A stretch of DNA of 62,923 nt, counting the filler, from Octopus bimaculoides (Eukaryota), in NCBI RefSeq assembly GCF_001194135.2. It is 7 parts of 7 records of this genome, joined end to end, with 100 filler letters (N's around TTAATTAATTAA, not from the genome) between each part and the next. Parts side by side here need not be neighbours in the genome. Positions count along the whole stretch, not along the records: positions 24,810 to 41,535 come from NC_068984.1; 6 more parts are not named here. One strand, 5' to 3'. Shown piece by piece: positions 25,633-37,770 of this stretch. The notes under the pieces are model-generated. The model did not search any database, was not told the DNA's origin, and saw only the letters and a program-made list of their open reading frames with translations. The position numbers and the translations under genes are program-made. The stretch's first letter is position 1, and each line of letters opens with the position of its first letter.

Positions 25633-26788
25633 NNNNNNNNNNNNNNNNNNNNNNNNNNNNNNNNNNNNNNNNNNNNNNNNNNNNNNNNNNNNNNNNNNNN
25701 NNNNNNNNNNNNNNNNNNNNNNNNNNNNNNNNNNNNNNNNNNNNNNNNNNNNNNNNNNNNNNNNNNNNNNNNNNNNNNNNNNNNNNNNNNNNNNNNNNNN
25801 NNNNNNNNNNNNNNNNNNNNNNNNNNNNNNNNNNNNNNNNNNNNNNNNNNNNNNNNNNNNNNNNNNNNNNNNNNNNNNNNNNNNNNNNNNNNNNNNNNNN
25901 NNNNNNNNNNNNNNNNNNNNNNNNNNNNNNNNNNNNNNNNNNNNNNNNNNNNNNNNNNNNNNNNNNNNNNNNNNNNNNNNNNNNNNNNNNNNNNNNNNNN
26001 NNNNNNNNNNNNNNNNNNNNNNNNNNNNNNNNNNNNNNNNNNNNNNNNNNNNNNNNNNNNNNNNNNNNNNNNNNNNNNNNNNNNNNNNNNNNNNNNNNNN
26101 NNNNNNNNNNNNNNNNNNNNNNNNNNNNNNNNNNNNNNNNNNNNNNNNNNNNNNNNNNNNNNNNNNNNNNNNNNNNNNNNNNNNNNNNNNNNNNNNNNNN
26201 NNNNNNNNNNNNNNNNNNNNNNNNNNNNNNNNNNNNNNNNNNNNNNNNNNNNNNNNNNNNNNNNNNNNNNNNNNNNNNNNNNNNNNNNNNNNNNNNNNNN
26301 NNNNNNNNNNNNNNNNNNNNNNNNNNNNNNNNNNNNNNNNNNNNNNNNNNNNNNNNNNNNNNNNNNNNNNNNNNNNNNNNNNNNNNNNNNNNNNNNNNNN
26401 NNNNTATTTATCTTTTTTTTTTTGTAATTTCTATATTTTTCGTCAAGTAGATAAAAAGAATATATATATATATATATACATACATACTTAAAACATTCAG
26501 ATACCCATATATACATATATATGTGTATATAACACACACACACACACACACACAACAGTAAATAAAGCAGTGATGGATAGAAGGAGGGAATGTTGAAGCA
26601 ATTTATTTTATATCTGTTTGTTTCGTCGGTTTTTATGATATTACTTGTAATTTAATGTTGATGTTATCTACTTCCTGACCTATCTCTGTGTTGTCAAACG
26701 ATTGTGGCAATTACTGAATGGATATAATATTAGAACCCCAGAAATTTAAATCAAAAAATCACCAGCCTGTAGTTAAAAATCATACGTA

Positions 26789-27690
26789 TGAGGTCTGGTC
26801 GATAAGTATCCGGATTGTTGGTATAGTAACGAAGCCAAAACACGCAGAGTAAAGCCACTTGGCACAGATTGACCTTAAGCTCTGCTGTGCATGCATACTA
26901 AGTTAGTTTTAACGTTCTAGCCTCACTTTTCCTGTTTACAGCAGTGCTTGGACGTAAAAAGTGTAACGTGTGATCGTCGTATTGACCATGACAGAAAAAG
27001 TTGTCATGGCGATACCCGCTCAGAGGCGTACGCGAAGTTGTAAAATGTGTTCGGAGAGGAGTGGTATGAGTTGCACACAAGCGTACGAGTGGTCCAGACG
27101 TTTCCAAGATGGCCGAAAAAATGTCGACATTGATGATCCTTCTGGGGAGACCCCCAACCAGCTGAACTGAGAAAAACATCGAAGATATGCGTGCAGCTGT
27201 GAGGGGAAATCATCGAATGACCATCTGTGAGTTATCAGAGGATGTGCAGATCAGTTGCAGTTCAGTTCAGTCCATTATCAAGGAAAATTTGGTTATAAGA
27301 CGTATTTCTGCCAAGTTTGTGCCAAAGCTGTTTTCAGCTGACCAAAAAGACACTTGGATTTTAGTTGCACAAAATCTCCTTGATTGTGTCGAGAACGATG
27401 AAAATCTTTTGAAAACTTTGCGTAGGCCTCTGAGCAGGTATCGCCAAGCTTTTGGCACAAAACGATGCAGATTCTCTGCTCAACTTTCTCCGTCATGTTC
27501 AATGCGACGATCACACGTTACACACGTTACTTCCAAGCACTGCTGTAAACAGCAGAAGTGAGCTAGAATGTTAAAACTTAGTGCGAATGCACAGCAGAGC
27601 TCAAGGTCAATCTGTACCAAGCAGCTTCACTCTGCGTGCTTCAGCTTCGTTACTGTGGCAACGTTCCGGATACTTATTAATCAAACCGCG
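26789..27690 (+). mobile_element. mariner derivative with two 5' ends (~270-bp inverted arms) and N-terminal transposase fragment
   Basis: TA-TGAGGTCTGGTCGATAAGTATCCGGA ... TCCGGATACTTATTAATCAAACCGCG-TA. Plus strand encodes MSCTQAYEWSRRFQDGRKNVD...RMTICELSEDVQIS...ISAKFVPKLFSADQK. The minus strand at the right end encodes MTEKVEQRICIVLCQKLGDTCSEAYAK. Confidence 0.92.
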
Positions 27691-27960
27691 TATTATGCTA
27701 AAATCACACATGTTAAGTTCGAATCACAGGTCGTTAATTGAAAATCTAACTTGTAGTTAAATCACAAATGTTTACATCAAACCAGATGTTTGAAGTTGAA
27801 ACCGCTGGTTTTAAAATCAAAATTACAAATCCTCTGCTCAAATTATTAGTCACAAATCTCTAGACGAAATATGAGAATTTGAATTGAAACCATGGATTTT
27901 AAAATCCCAACCATCGGTCTCCGGCTCAAAACATTAGCTTTTGAGTACTAAAAATAGACC

Positions 27961-28833
27961 ATGTATGGCTATGTTTCCCGAACACTTGAAGAAGACAGTA
28001 ACATTGATATGAAGCGAAGCCTCTCTTGGATTCGTGACTGCTACATCACATCATACTTTGAAAGTTATATATTTGCCATCCAAGGTCGGGAGATTGCAAC
28101 CAAATACCTAATAAATAAAAGCAACAGTGAAGGCCTTGAAGCTGCAAGACACAACCGAAAATGTAGATTATGTCATACTTATGTGGAAGACATCACATAT
28201 GTGATTAGCTGCTGCCCAAAAATGTCATCAAAGTCTGCCTCACTATACGACACGACGTTGTCGGAAATACAATATACAATGCCATCCTGTCTGGAAGACT
28301 GCCCTGGAATACATATCAGCACAAGGAATACATGTGTAAATATCAGCACAAGGAATACATGTGTAACATTTCCATCAAGACATCTGTCATGTGTAAGAAT
28401 AACAAGCCGGATATTGTTGTCTAGGACAGACAAGAAAAAGTATGTACCGTCATAGAGGTCAGCTGTCATGCCGATGTAAATATCTCTTTGGAAATCAAAG
28501 AGAAAGAAAATAACTATGGACAACTGCTTCGAAACCTCCAGATTCTATATCCGGATTACAAATTTACATTTATATCAATAATAATTGGTTCACTTGGTTT
28601 TGTAAGTAAATGCCTAACTGTCAGTCTGGATAAGATTGGATTCTCAGAAAAAGAAATCAACAAACTAACTCGCATATTGCAAATACAATCTAGCAGTGGA
28701 ACAGTAAAACTGTACAAGACTTTTCTCATACTTAAAATGTAACATTGTTTTCGTTATCTACATACCAACGATGGAGTTTTGTTGTGTTCTTGTTAGAAAC
28801 CAGCTCCTTCAAAGGAAGAATTTAAATAACTAA
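27961..28833 (+). mobile_element. R4/Dong-type non-LTR retrotransposon 3' part (zinc knuckle, RLE endonuclease, 3' UTR), frameshifted
   Basis: YIFAIQGREIATKYL; CRLCHTYVEDITYVISCCP; RHDVVGNTIYNAI; NNKPDIVV*DRQEKVCTVIEVSC (PD...E motif); NYGQLLRNLQILYPDYKFTFISIIIGSLG. Includes a 27-bp internal tandem duplication at ~28308-28361. Confidence 0.9.
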
Positions 28834-28867
28834 AAACAGTAAGTACACACGCGTGCGCGCACGCACA

Positions 28868-28868
28868 C

Positions 28869-28899
<31 letters not shown>

Positions 28900-28973
28900 C
28901 ACATACATACCTACATACATACATATATACATGCATACATACATACATACATGCATACATACATACATACATT

Positions 28974-29005
<32 letters not shown>

Positions 29006-29097
29006 CATGCATACATACATACATACATACATACATACATACATACATGCATACATACATACATACATACATACATACATACATACATACATACATA
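28868..29097. repeat. (CATA)n microsatellite
   Basis: ~230 bp of mostly CATA units. Confidence 0.97.
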
Positions 29098-29185
29098 AAA
29101 ATACCCTGCTGATGTTGAAATTCCAATGAAGGAGCCTTCTATGTAGTTTAGAAACTGACTCTTCCTCTATTGGCAAGAAATCTTT
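29096..29185 (+). mobile_element. 3' UTR fragment of the R4-like subfamily found at 42446-42840
   Basis: GATGTTGAAATTCCAATGAAGGAGCC...TTAGAAAC...CTATTGGCAAGAAATCTT is nearly identical to 42745-42822. Confidence 0.8.
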
Positions 29186-30516
29186 CGTGGTCGATTAAAT
29201 AAGTACCAGTTACGCACTGGGGTCGATATAATCGATTTAAACCGTTTGTCTGTCCTTGTTTGTCCCTTCTGTGTGTAGCCCCTTGTGGGCGGTAAAGAAA
29301 TAAGAAACTTATAAGTAGTGACGTTATTGTTCACAAACTAAAAAACAAAACAAACAAAAACAAAAAGAAAAGAAATAATATAAATGAATAAATGTTAGGT
29401 AATTGTCTTTATTATCTGGCAACAGATTGTTCGACAAGGGAAGGAACAATAAGGGAGTAGACTCCTGAAATACCTAAGCACAAGACAATTTGATGCAAAT
29501 GAAGGTCTAGACATAAATCATTTTGTCATTTTTTTGTATTCTTTTTTTTTTCTTTTTTATTCTTTAGTGAAAGGCTCAAATATAATTTATGTATTTAAAT
29601 AATTCTTAATTTATTGATTAGAGATTAAACGCCATGTATCAGCTCTGATATAATTTGAATCGGAACAGTGAAATCCCGTTCTTGAACTAATCAAAAAAGC
29701 ATTCAAGGTCGAACGAAAAATACCAGATCCTGTCAGAGAATTCAGAATTTCCAATCAATGGAATCCAAGAGAAATATTTTATCCACAATCGGCTTACTAA
29801 TCGCAGCTCCGATGCAGTATTCTTAATCCTATATGGAGAGTTATAACGATTCATAAAGCCGATATTTATCTATGGCTTCAACAATGTTTAGCATATGAAA
29901 GACAAATCTTTGCTATTCTAATCCCTCGGATATAACTTGTTTATTCCAGGATAAAATATCGGTTACTCTCTATATTCCAAGTCATGGTAACTTGTAGCCT
30001 TTAGAATCAACTTCTTTGTTCAAGAACAACACAATAGTTGTAATATAACAATTGCGAACTTCAAGACTTCATATTTCTTTATACATTTATACGTTAATTT
30101 TGAGTCTAACCACACGCAAAAGACCAAGGAATATCAGGGATATTGTTGAGATGCAAAGAGAATTATTGACGAAATTTCTTTGAAATTGTTTTCAACAGGA
30201 TCGTCAACATGCAAAATAAAAAGTTCTTTTTTGTATCGTTCTCCGTTGAATGGTGTTCAATTTATCGTATTGATTCTTTACAAGACAACAGGCTCACTGA
30301 GAAGGATGTACAGCCAGCTGTCACTCGCAATTAACTATTGTTTGGTAACATGTAACCATGCATTTGCTAATTACTTCAGGTGTCTGTGTAGTCGCCAGCA
30401 GACTTTGAAAGCCCCTCGGTTGCTTCGACCTTAAACCGGTGGGACATCTGAAATGTGACAGCTAAGGAAGGGTGGAGAGTGAGAAAGGGAGACTCAGAGA
30501 GCGAGAGAGAGATAGA

Positions 30517-30570
<54 letters not shown>

Positions 30571-30573
<3 letters not shown>

Positions 30574-30712
30574 CTCATTTTTGCCAACTGAATGTACTGA
30601 AGTAACGTGAAATGAAGTGTTTTGCTCAAGAACACAACGCATCACCCGGGGCAGGAATCGAAACTACAATCTTACGATCATGAGTCCAACACCCTAACCA
30701 CTAAGCCACGCG
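30571..30712 (-). mobile_element. tRNA-derived SINE head (long family)
   Basis: Minus strand GCGCGTGGCTTAGTGGTTAGGGTGTTGGACTCATGATCG...GTTTCGATTCCTG...TTCTTGAGCAAAACACTTCATTTC. Confidence 0.8.
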
Positions 30713-31304
30713 CTTCTACAGCTGGTGTTACTGCGATGAAATGATCCCATTTGTCTCCGTTCTTTTCTGGAAAGAACGGTTGCAGCAGCAGCAGCAGCAA
30801 TAACTATAGTCTTCATCTCAGGGGCCTGCTGGCGCTCGTCGCTCTGTATGTGTTTTCTGTTACCTTTCTTAGCAGAAGTTACTCAAATGATCTTTAGTGC
30901 CGCACATGAAGTAACTGGGCTTTCTACTTTACATATCTAATCCGACTGATCTCCTCTCAGCTCCCTCAATGAGATATAAGATTGGGATAGTTCTATAGTC
31001 GTTAGAGAGAGGATTCATAGAGACCGGACAGCTCATACAGATCCCCTCCTCTTGACTACACGTTGTTACTGGTCAACTCCTCGTTAATACCATACCCGTA
31101 TGATTGTTTTAAGCTAATGACGTCTATACTAATACCCTTGATCGTAAAACCCATGTGCTATGGCATCAACCTGAGGGCAGATGAGTGTTGCTCCAGTTCT
31201 GCCTGTCATTCTATTTTGATACCTAGTCTTATACTCCAGGCACTTTCTTCTATAATCCATGCTCCGATTGATGGATCACACATCGTTCCACTGACTGACT
31301 AAAG

Positions 31305-31629
31305 CAGGGGTCCCCAAACCTTTTAGACCATCGAACCTTTCATGGGATCCTTGACCCCCCATCGATCCCCAGGCAAGTACAAGAAAATAAATAAATAATA
31401 ATTGACAAAAATTTCTCATGGCTGGCTGCCGACAAATTTTTCTGCTTTTAAAAAGAAAAAAGGATTTTATCCTTTATATCTATACTGTTCAGTATCAATG
31501 CGTTGAATAAAATTTATCTTTCTACTTGTTCAATAATAATGATAAAGTAGATGCGCCTTTATCTACCCCTTGAATAGTCCCATCGACACCACCACCCTAG
31601 GAGTCAATAGACTACTTTGGAGACCCCAG
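31305..31629. mobile_element. hAT-Charlie MITE, 325 bp, with perfect 8-bp TSD
   Basis: Termini CAGGGGTCCCCAAA / TTTGGAGACCCCAG; TSD GACTAAAG at 31297-31304 and 31630-31637. Confidence 0.95.
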
Positions 31630-31984
31630 GACTAAAGCTTTCGCTAACTTTCATTTTCCCCTATGTCATATGGAATCCTATTTCCGTTTTTTAAAAAAAG
31701 TAGTATATCATCTTCCCTCACGGTGTTCTCTTGATAAATTCCTCGACTAAGTATAAACTCTCTTTGGTGTATATTACTTCCACACTTTTCCTTTCGTTTA
31801 AAGTTGACCGATCCGATGTCAGTAGTTCCCTGTTTGGCTTTTAATGCTGCCAAAAGATGAATTCTTGTTGTTGTGTACGAAAGAATGAAAGGCAGAGTCG
31901 AACTCGGCGGTATTTGAGCTCAGAACGCAAATAATAACATTAACAGCAACAGCAACAACAACAATGATAATAGTAATCATTTCT

Positions 31985-32175
31985 ATTATAAGCACAAGGC
32001 CTGAAATTATTTAGGTGGGAGTAGGGGCTAGTGCATTACATCGACTCCAGTACTTATTTCACCAATCCCGAAAGGATTCAAGTCAAAGTAGACCTCAGCG
32101 GGATTTGAATTCAGAACGAAATACCGCTAAGCATTTTGTCCAGTGTGCTAATGATTGTACCAGCACGCAGCCTTG
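31985..32175 (-). mobile_element. Meta-like SINE
   Basis: TATAAGCACAAGGCCTGAAAT...CAGTACTTATTT...GAAAGGATT...GGATTTGAATTCAGAAC. Confidence 0.75.
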
Positions 32176-32177
32176 AT

Positions 32178-32224
<47 letters not shown>

Positions 32225-32980
32225 AAATAACAATAACAACAACAACAACAACAGCAGCAATAATGATAATCGATAAGAAATTAATTATAAATCCAGCATC
32301 TCTATTCTTCGAGTGAGACTTTAAACATTTTAGCAGACATTTCTGTAATTATAGAGAATTTATTAAACAGTCCTCTAATTTTGATCGACCATCACTTACA
32401 GTTTCTCATTTGCCAGATGTTATTTTTTATTTGTTTTTCTTTTCTTTTTTTTCTTACTTTGTGATTTGAACGGTTTGGTTCAAGCTTGTAATTAAGTAAA
32501 ATATTATATAAAGTAATCAGTGGTTTTATTTTAAGTTTGATTATTCTCTTATCGTTTTTTCGTTTTATTTTATGTTTGTTTGCTGGCTTTTTGGCTAGTT
32601 GGCTAGTTGATTATATTTATTCTTCGTTTCGTTTAGATTCGATTTTTATTTTATTTTTGATGTTCGTACTTTTTTTTATCTCATTTCTAAATTCAAATAA
32701 TTGTTTTATTTTTCTTTGTTTTTCTTTTTCATTTTTACTGGCCAGCAAATCATTTCGGCATTTGCTATTTTGTCTTGATAAATACATGTGATTTTGAATG
32801 CATGTGTATGTGTGTATATGTATGTGAAACTATGTGTATATATCTGCACATCTGTGTGAACGTATATGTAGGCGGATATATGTATTCGTTTAGTGTATCT
32901 GTATATATGATTGTATGTATATCTGTATCTATCTATCTACGTACATGTCTGTCTGAATGTGTGTATGCATATGCGTGCTC

Positions 32981-33079
<99 letters not shown>

Positions 33080-33439
33080 ATAGAGAGAAAAAGTGTACGT
33101 GTGCGTATGTTTGTATGTATGTATATATGAGTGTCTATCTCTCTTTCTGGATGGATAGATAACAACATACATACATATACACATATATACAGCCAGACAG
33201 ACATACATACAATCTCTTTCGTACAAAATACACAGGCTTGCATATACATGCTCACAAACACACACACACACAAATACACAGAGATACATAAGGCTATACA
33301 TACATTCATGTATGCACAGTGACTTCGAGCGTACAAAGGCCAGCGCCATGGATCGGAAAGCGTGACATAACATCATCACCGGTATCCATCATCTAGCGGC
33401 ACCCACAACAGCGTATTGGTTGAGAAAAGAGCCTCACCC

Positions 33440-34464
33440 TTCAGTCGCCAGTCCTTTAATTCACAACAAAAGAAAAACTGACTTATGATTTTACCACCTC
33501 TGATGATTCGCTAAAATGAAATTAGTTGAGCTTTGTTACTGATGTCTGTACTTTCATCGATTTGTAAGCCCCACAAATTTTTGAGTTCATTTTTTGCTTC
33601 AGTGAAATGTTCGAGAAGCTGATCACCAATGTCTCGCGAACTGTCTTGAATTTTACGAGAAATCGTGTGGGCAGCCAAAGGAATGGTCCTAATTTGTTTA
33701 GCGGATTCATTACTAATAATCATCGCGTCAACAGCGATCTCCAAGGCTAGTAAAATTATGTTTTCGGCATCAGAATGTAGTTTTTCCTTCTCTGCCAAAA
33801 GCTGGGCAATCTTGTAACAAGCGATTTGAGCTTTCTCGGTAATTGAGTGACATTTCTTCAGCCTTTTTCATTGAATATTTCAAAGTGTTCTATTGGTTTG
33901 TCCTTATGTTGTGGATGATCTGTAATTAAATGACGTTGAAGTTTACTGGGAAACATCGCTTCATTTAAAGTGTTGTTAAACAAATCGTACAGAAAGGAAC
34001 CGGGTTGTCTTTTTCCGATAATATAAAACCATATTTTGTTTTGATGAAGTGGACCTTTTGTTCTGGTTTTCCTCTTGTTTGCTATGACTCTCTCATTTTT
34101 CTGAGGTCTCAATAAAAATTTGTCCGTGTTTAAATCTAAAACTAAAAATCGATTAAAATCAACATAAAATGATTTATGTAAATTATAAATAAATCAAAAA
34201 TTTAAAAACTACTAGGATTACTAAACAATTTACTTACAGACAATTCCGGTTTAAATGCAGAAATGTAAAATATTGTAACAAAACTGCTGTTCGTCGTGTA
34301 ACCAAATTAATTTATATTCACCGTATTTTATGGTTTATATGATTAATTTATTATTTACGCTCGAACTTTGCAAATATTTTTGGATCGTTGTTTCTCGAAA
34401 ATCCCGAAAATATTTTTCGCGGCACTCCAGGAATCTCTCGCGACATAGACTTTGGCTGGCACTG
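33440..34464 (-). mobile_element. hAT (Buster/Charlie, ZBED5-like) transposon 5' part with decayed transposase
   Basis: NEAMFPSKLQRHLITDHPQHKDKPIEHF (BED region) and HSDAENIILLA...IPLAAHTISRKIQD...WGLQIDESTDISNKAQLISF (first catalytic D). Terminus CAGTGCCAGCCAAAG at 34464, flanked by ATCTAGAT (Charlie-like site). Confidence 0.9.
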
Positions 34465-34467
34465 ATC

Positions 34468-34478
34468 TAGATAGATAA

Positions 34479-34572
<94 letters not shown>

Positions 34573-34584
34573 CGNNNNNNNNNN

Positions 34585-34621
<37 letters not shown>

Positions 34622-34718
34622 CAGATACATAGTCATACATACATACATACATACATACATACATACATACATACACATGCGTACACCCATACACTCCCTC
34701 GCTCTCTCTTTCTCGCTT

Positions 34719-34749
<31 letters not shown>

Positions 34750-35037
34750 GATAAATAGATCGATAGATTAGACATACATAAATACATACATACACATGCA
34801 TACACCCACGCACTCTCTCGCTCTCTCTTTCTCTCTCTCGCACTCTCTTTCTCTCTCTCGCTCTCTCTTTCTCTCTCTCGCTCTCTCTCTCGCTCTCTCT
34901 CGCTCTCTCTCGCTCTCTCTTTCTCTCTCTTGCTCTCTCTTTCTCTCTCTCTCGCTCTCTCTCTCTCTCACACACACAGACAGACAGACCGACAGATAGA
35001 CAGATAGATAGGTAGATAGACAGATAGATAAATAGAC

Positions 35038-35084
<47 letters not shown>

Positions 35085-35090
35085 TAGATG
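34468..35090. repeat. Compound (GATA)n/(CATA)n/(CT)n/(GACA)n microsatellite block
   Basis: Successive simple repeats. Confidence 0.95.
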
Positions 35091-35967
35091 TGTTTATGTA
35101 TAGATGAGTGAGCCTGCGTATATATCTATGACTACATGTGTACGTATATGTGTGTATGTATGTACGTATGTAGAGTGCATTTACGTGCATCTGCGGATAC
35201 GCGTATTATGTGTACATATATGTGTTTATATATAAATCTGAATATCGACTAATACATACATGTGTCTGTAAATCAACTCTGTACAAATCCCGCACGCGCA
35301 TTTGAATGTGCGTTAGATCATTGTACAAGCTATATTCATTTAAGATTGTATTTCAATTGATCTGTCTACGTATATGCATGCGTATAAAGGTATGGAGTGG
35401 AGTCGGAGGTGTTAAAGATTTATTCTGGGGTGGAGTTGCAGTTTATTTCGTTGTGCTTTTTTTAACGATTTATTCCGATTTTTCTGTTTTATATGTTTTT
35501 TATTATTATTTTTTACTTGTTTATTCATTTATTTTATTTTATTTTATTTATTTATGTATTTTGTGAACGCATTTATCCTGCATCTACTCTTTACAAAAAT
35601 ACATCGTCTCTGTCGAATTTCAAGTTCGCCGAATTTCATCTATTTATTCCGTATTAATAGACCACCTCGCACACTCAGCCAGCCTCACATGCACACACTT
35701 TTTTTTTTTTTTTTATCATTCATGCTTCTAGTGTTGAGGCAATGTCTGCCTGTTGTCCCTGCCAATCAACCAAATAACTATGGAACCATCTCAACAACCA
35801 GCCAACATGTCAGCTAACCCCTACCCCTCTCTTCTTCTCATTCTCTCTCTCTTTTCCTCTCTCTCTGTCTCTCTCTGTCTGTCTCTCGCTCTCTCTCTCT
35901 CTCTCTCTTCCGCGCGCTCTCTTCTTCTCTCTCTCTCCTCCTACTATTCTCCCTCTCTCAGTATCTG

Positions 35968-36180
35968 TTCTTTTACTTGTTTCAGCCATAAGACTGCTTA
36001 CTGCCATACTGGAGCACCGCCTTAAAGGGTTTTAATCGAAGAAATTGACCCAGAACTTATTCTTTGTAAGCCTTGCATCGGTCTCTTTTGCCGAACCGTT
36101 AAGTTACAAAGATATAAACACATCGGTTTTCAAGCGATGGTGGGACAAACAAACACAGACACAAAGACGCACAGACATAA
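35968..36180 (-). mobile_element. S1 SINE 3' half
   Basis: TTTACTTGTTTCAG...GCCATACTGGAGCACCGCCTT...TTCAAGCGATGGTGGG. Confidence 0.8.
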
Positions 36181-36410
36181 ATATATATATAGTTGCTATT
36201 ATGCATAAGCATCGTAAGTGCAAAATGTTGCTTTTTCAGAAAACGGAAAAAATAGCTTCATTATTCCATTTCTTTTTACGTTAGCAACAGTTCCAGCTTA
36301 ACAATAATGCCTCGTTGGGTGCATGAAATCGTAACTATATGCATGTATGGTATTTTCAGTCACAAATATTTTTGCAAAACTGTCCTATGTGGGACTTACT
36401 ACACTTTTGA

Positions 36411-36489
<79 letters not shown>

Positions 36490-37306
36490 TTAGGGATAAA
36501 ATCCAAAATTACAGGTAAAAACTCAATTAAAATCAATTTATTAAAAATTNNNNNNNNNNNNNNNNNNNNNNNNNNNNNNNNNNNNNNNNNNNNNNNNNNN
36601 NNNNNNNNNNNNNNNNNNNNNNNNNNNNNNNNNNNNNNNNNNNNNNNNNNNNNNNNNNNNNNNNNNNNNNNNNNNNNNNNNNNNNNNNNNNNNNNNNNNN
36701 NNNNNNNNNNNNNNNNNNNNNNNNNNNNNNNNNNNNNNNNNNNNNNNNNNNNNNNNNNNNNNNNNNNNNNNNNNNNNNNNNNNNNNNNNNNNNNNNNNNN
36801 NNNNNNNNNNNNNNNNNNNNNNNNNNNNNNNNNNNNNNNNNNNNNNNNNNNNNNNNNNNNNNNNNNNNNNNNNNNNNNNNNNNNNNNNNNNNNNNNNNNN
36901 NNNNNNNNNNNNNNNNNNNNNNNNNNNNNNNNNNNNNNNNNNNNNNNNNNNNNNNNNNNNNNNNNNNNNNNNNNNNNNNNNNNNNNNNNNNNNNNNNNNN
37001 NNNNNNNNNNNNNNNNNNNNNNNNNNNNNNNNNNNNNNNNNNNNNNNNNNNNNNNNNNNNNNNNNNNNNNNNNNNNNNNNNNNNNNNNNNNNNNNNNNNN
37101 NNNNNNNNNNNNNNNNNNNNNNNNNNNNNNNNNNNNNNNNNNNNNNNNNNNNNNNNNNNNNNNNNNNNNNNNNNNNNNNNNNNNNNNNNNNNNNNNNNNN
37201 NNNNNNNNNNNNNNNNNNNNNNNNNNNNNNNNNNNNNNNNNNNNNNNNNNNNNNNNNNNNNNNNNNNNNNNNNNNNNNNNNNNNNNNNNNNNNNNNNNNN
37301 NNNNNN

Positions 37307-37344
<38 letters not shown>

Positions 37345-37770
37345 GATGAGATTCTTTCAGTTACCGTTTATCAAATCCACTCACAAAGCTTTGGCCAGCT
37401 CGAGGTTATAAAATATTTGCCTAAGGTACCACGCAGTGGGACTGAACCCGGAACCATGTGGCTGGAAGCAAGCTTCTTACGACACAGCCACGTCTTCGCC
37501 TATATCTATCTTTTATTTGCTTCGGTCATTGCCAATGACATCTGTAACAGCAATGACAGCTTCCATCAATGACGATGGACATAACAACAGCACCTTTACC
37601 AATACAGACAGCGGCGGCACCAACTCCATCGCCACCTCCAATGACGCCAACACCAACAGCGGCGTCAGCACAAACAGCGGCGTCAGCACCAACAGCGCTA
37701 GTTCCAGCAACAGCCGTGGAGCAACGTCAACACCGACAGACACAGCATCGCCAACACTCGATCACAGAGA

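Noticed and set aside
33500-33525. CTGATGA…GAAA motif
   Set aside because: No stem II, III or I pairing; lies within hAT transposase coding remnant on the other strand.
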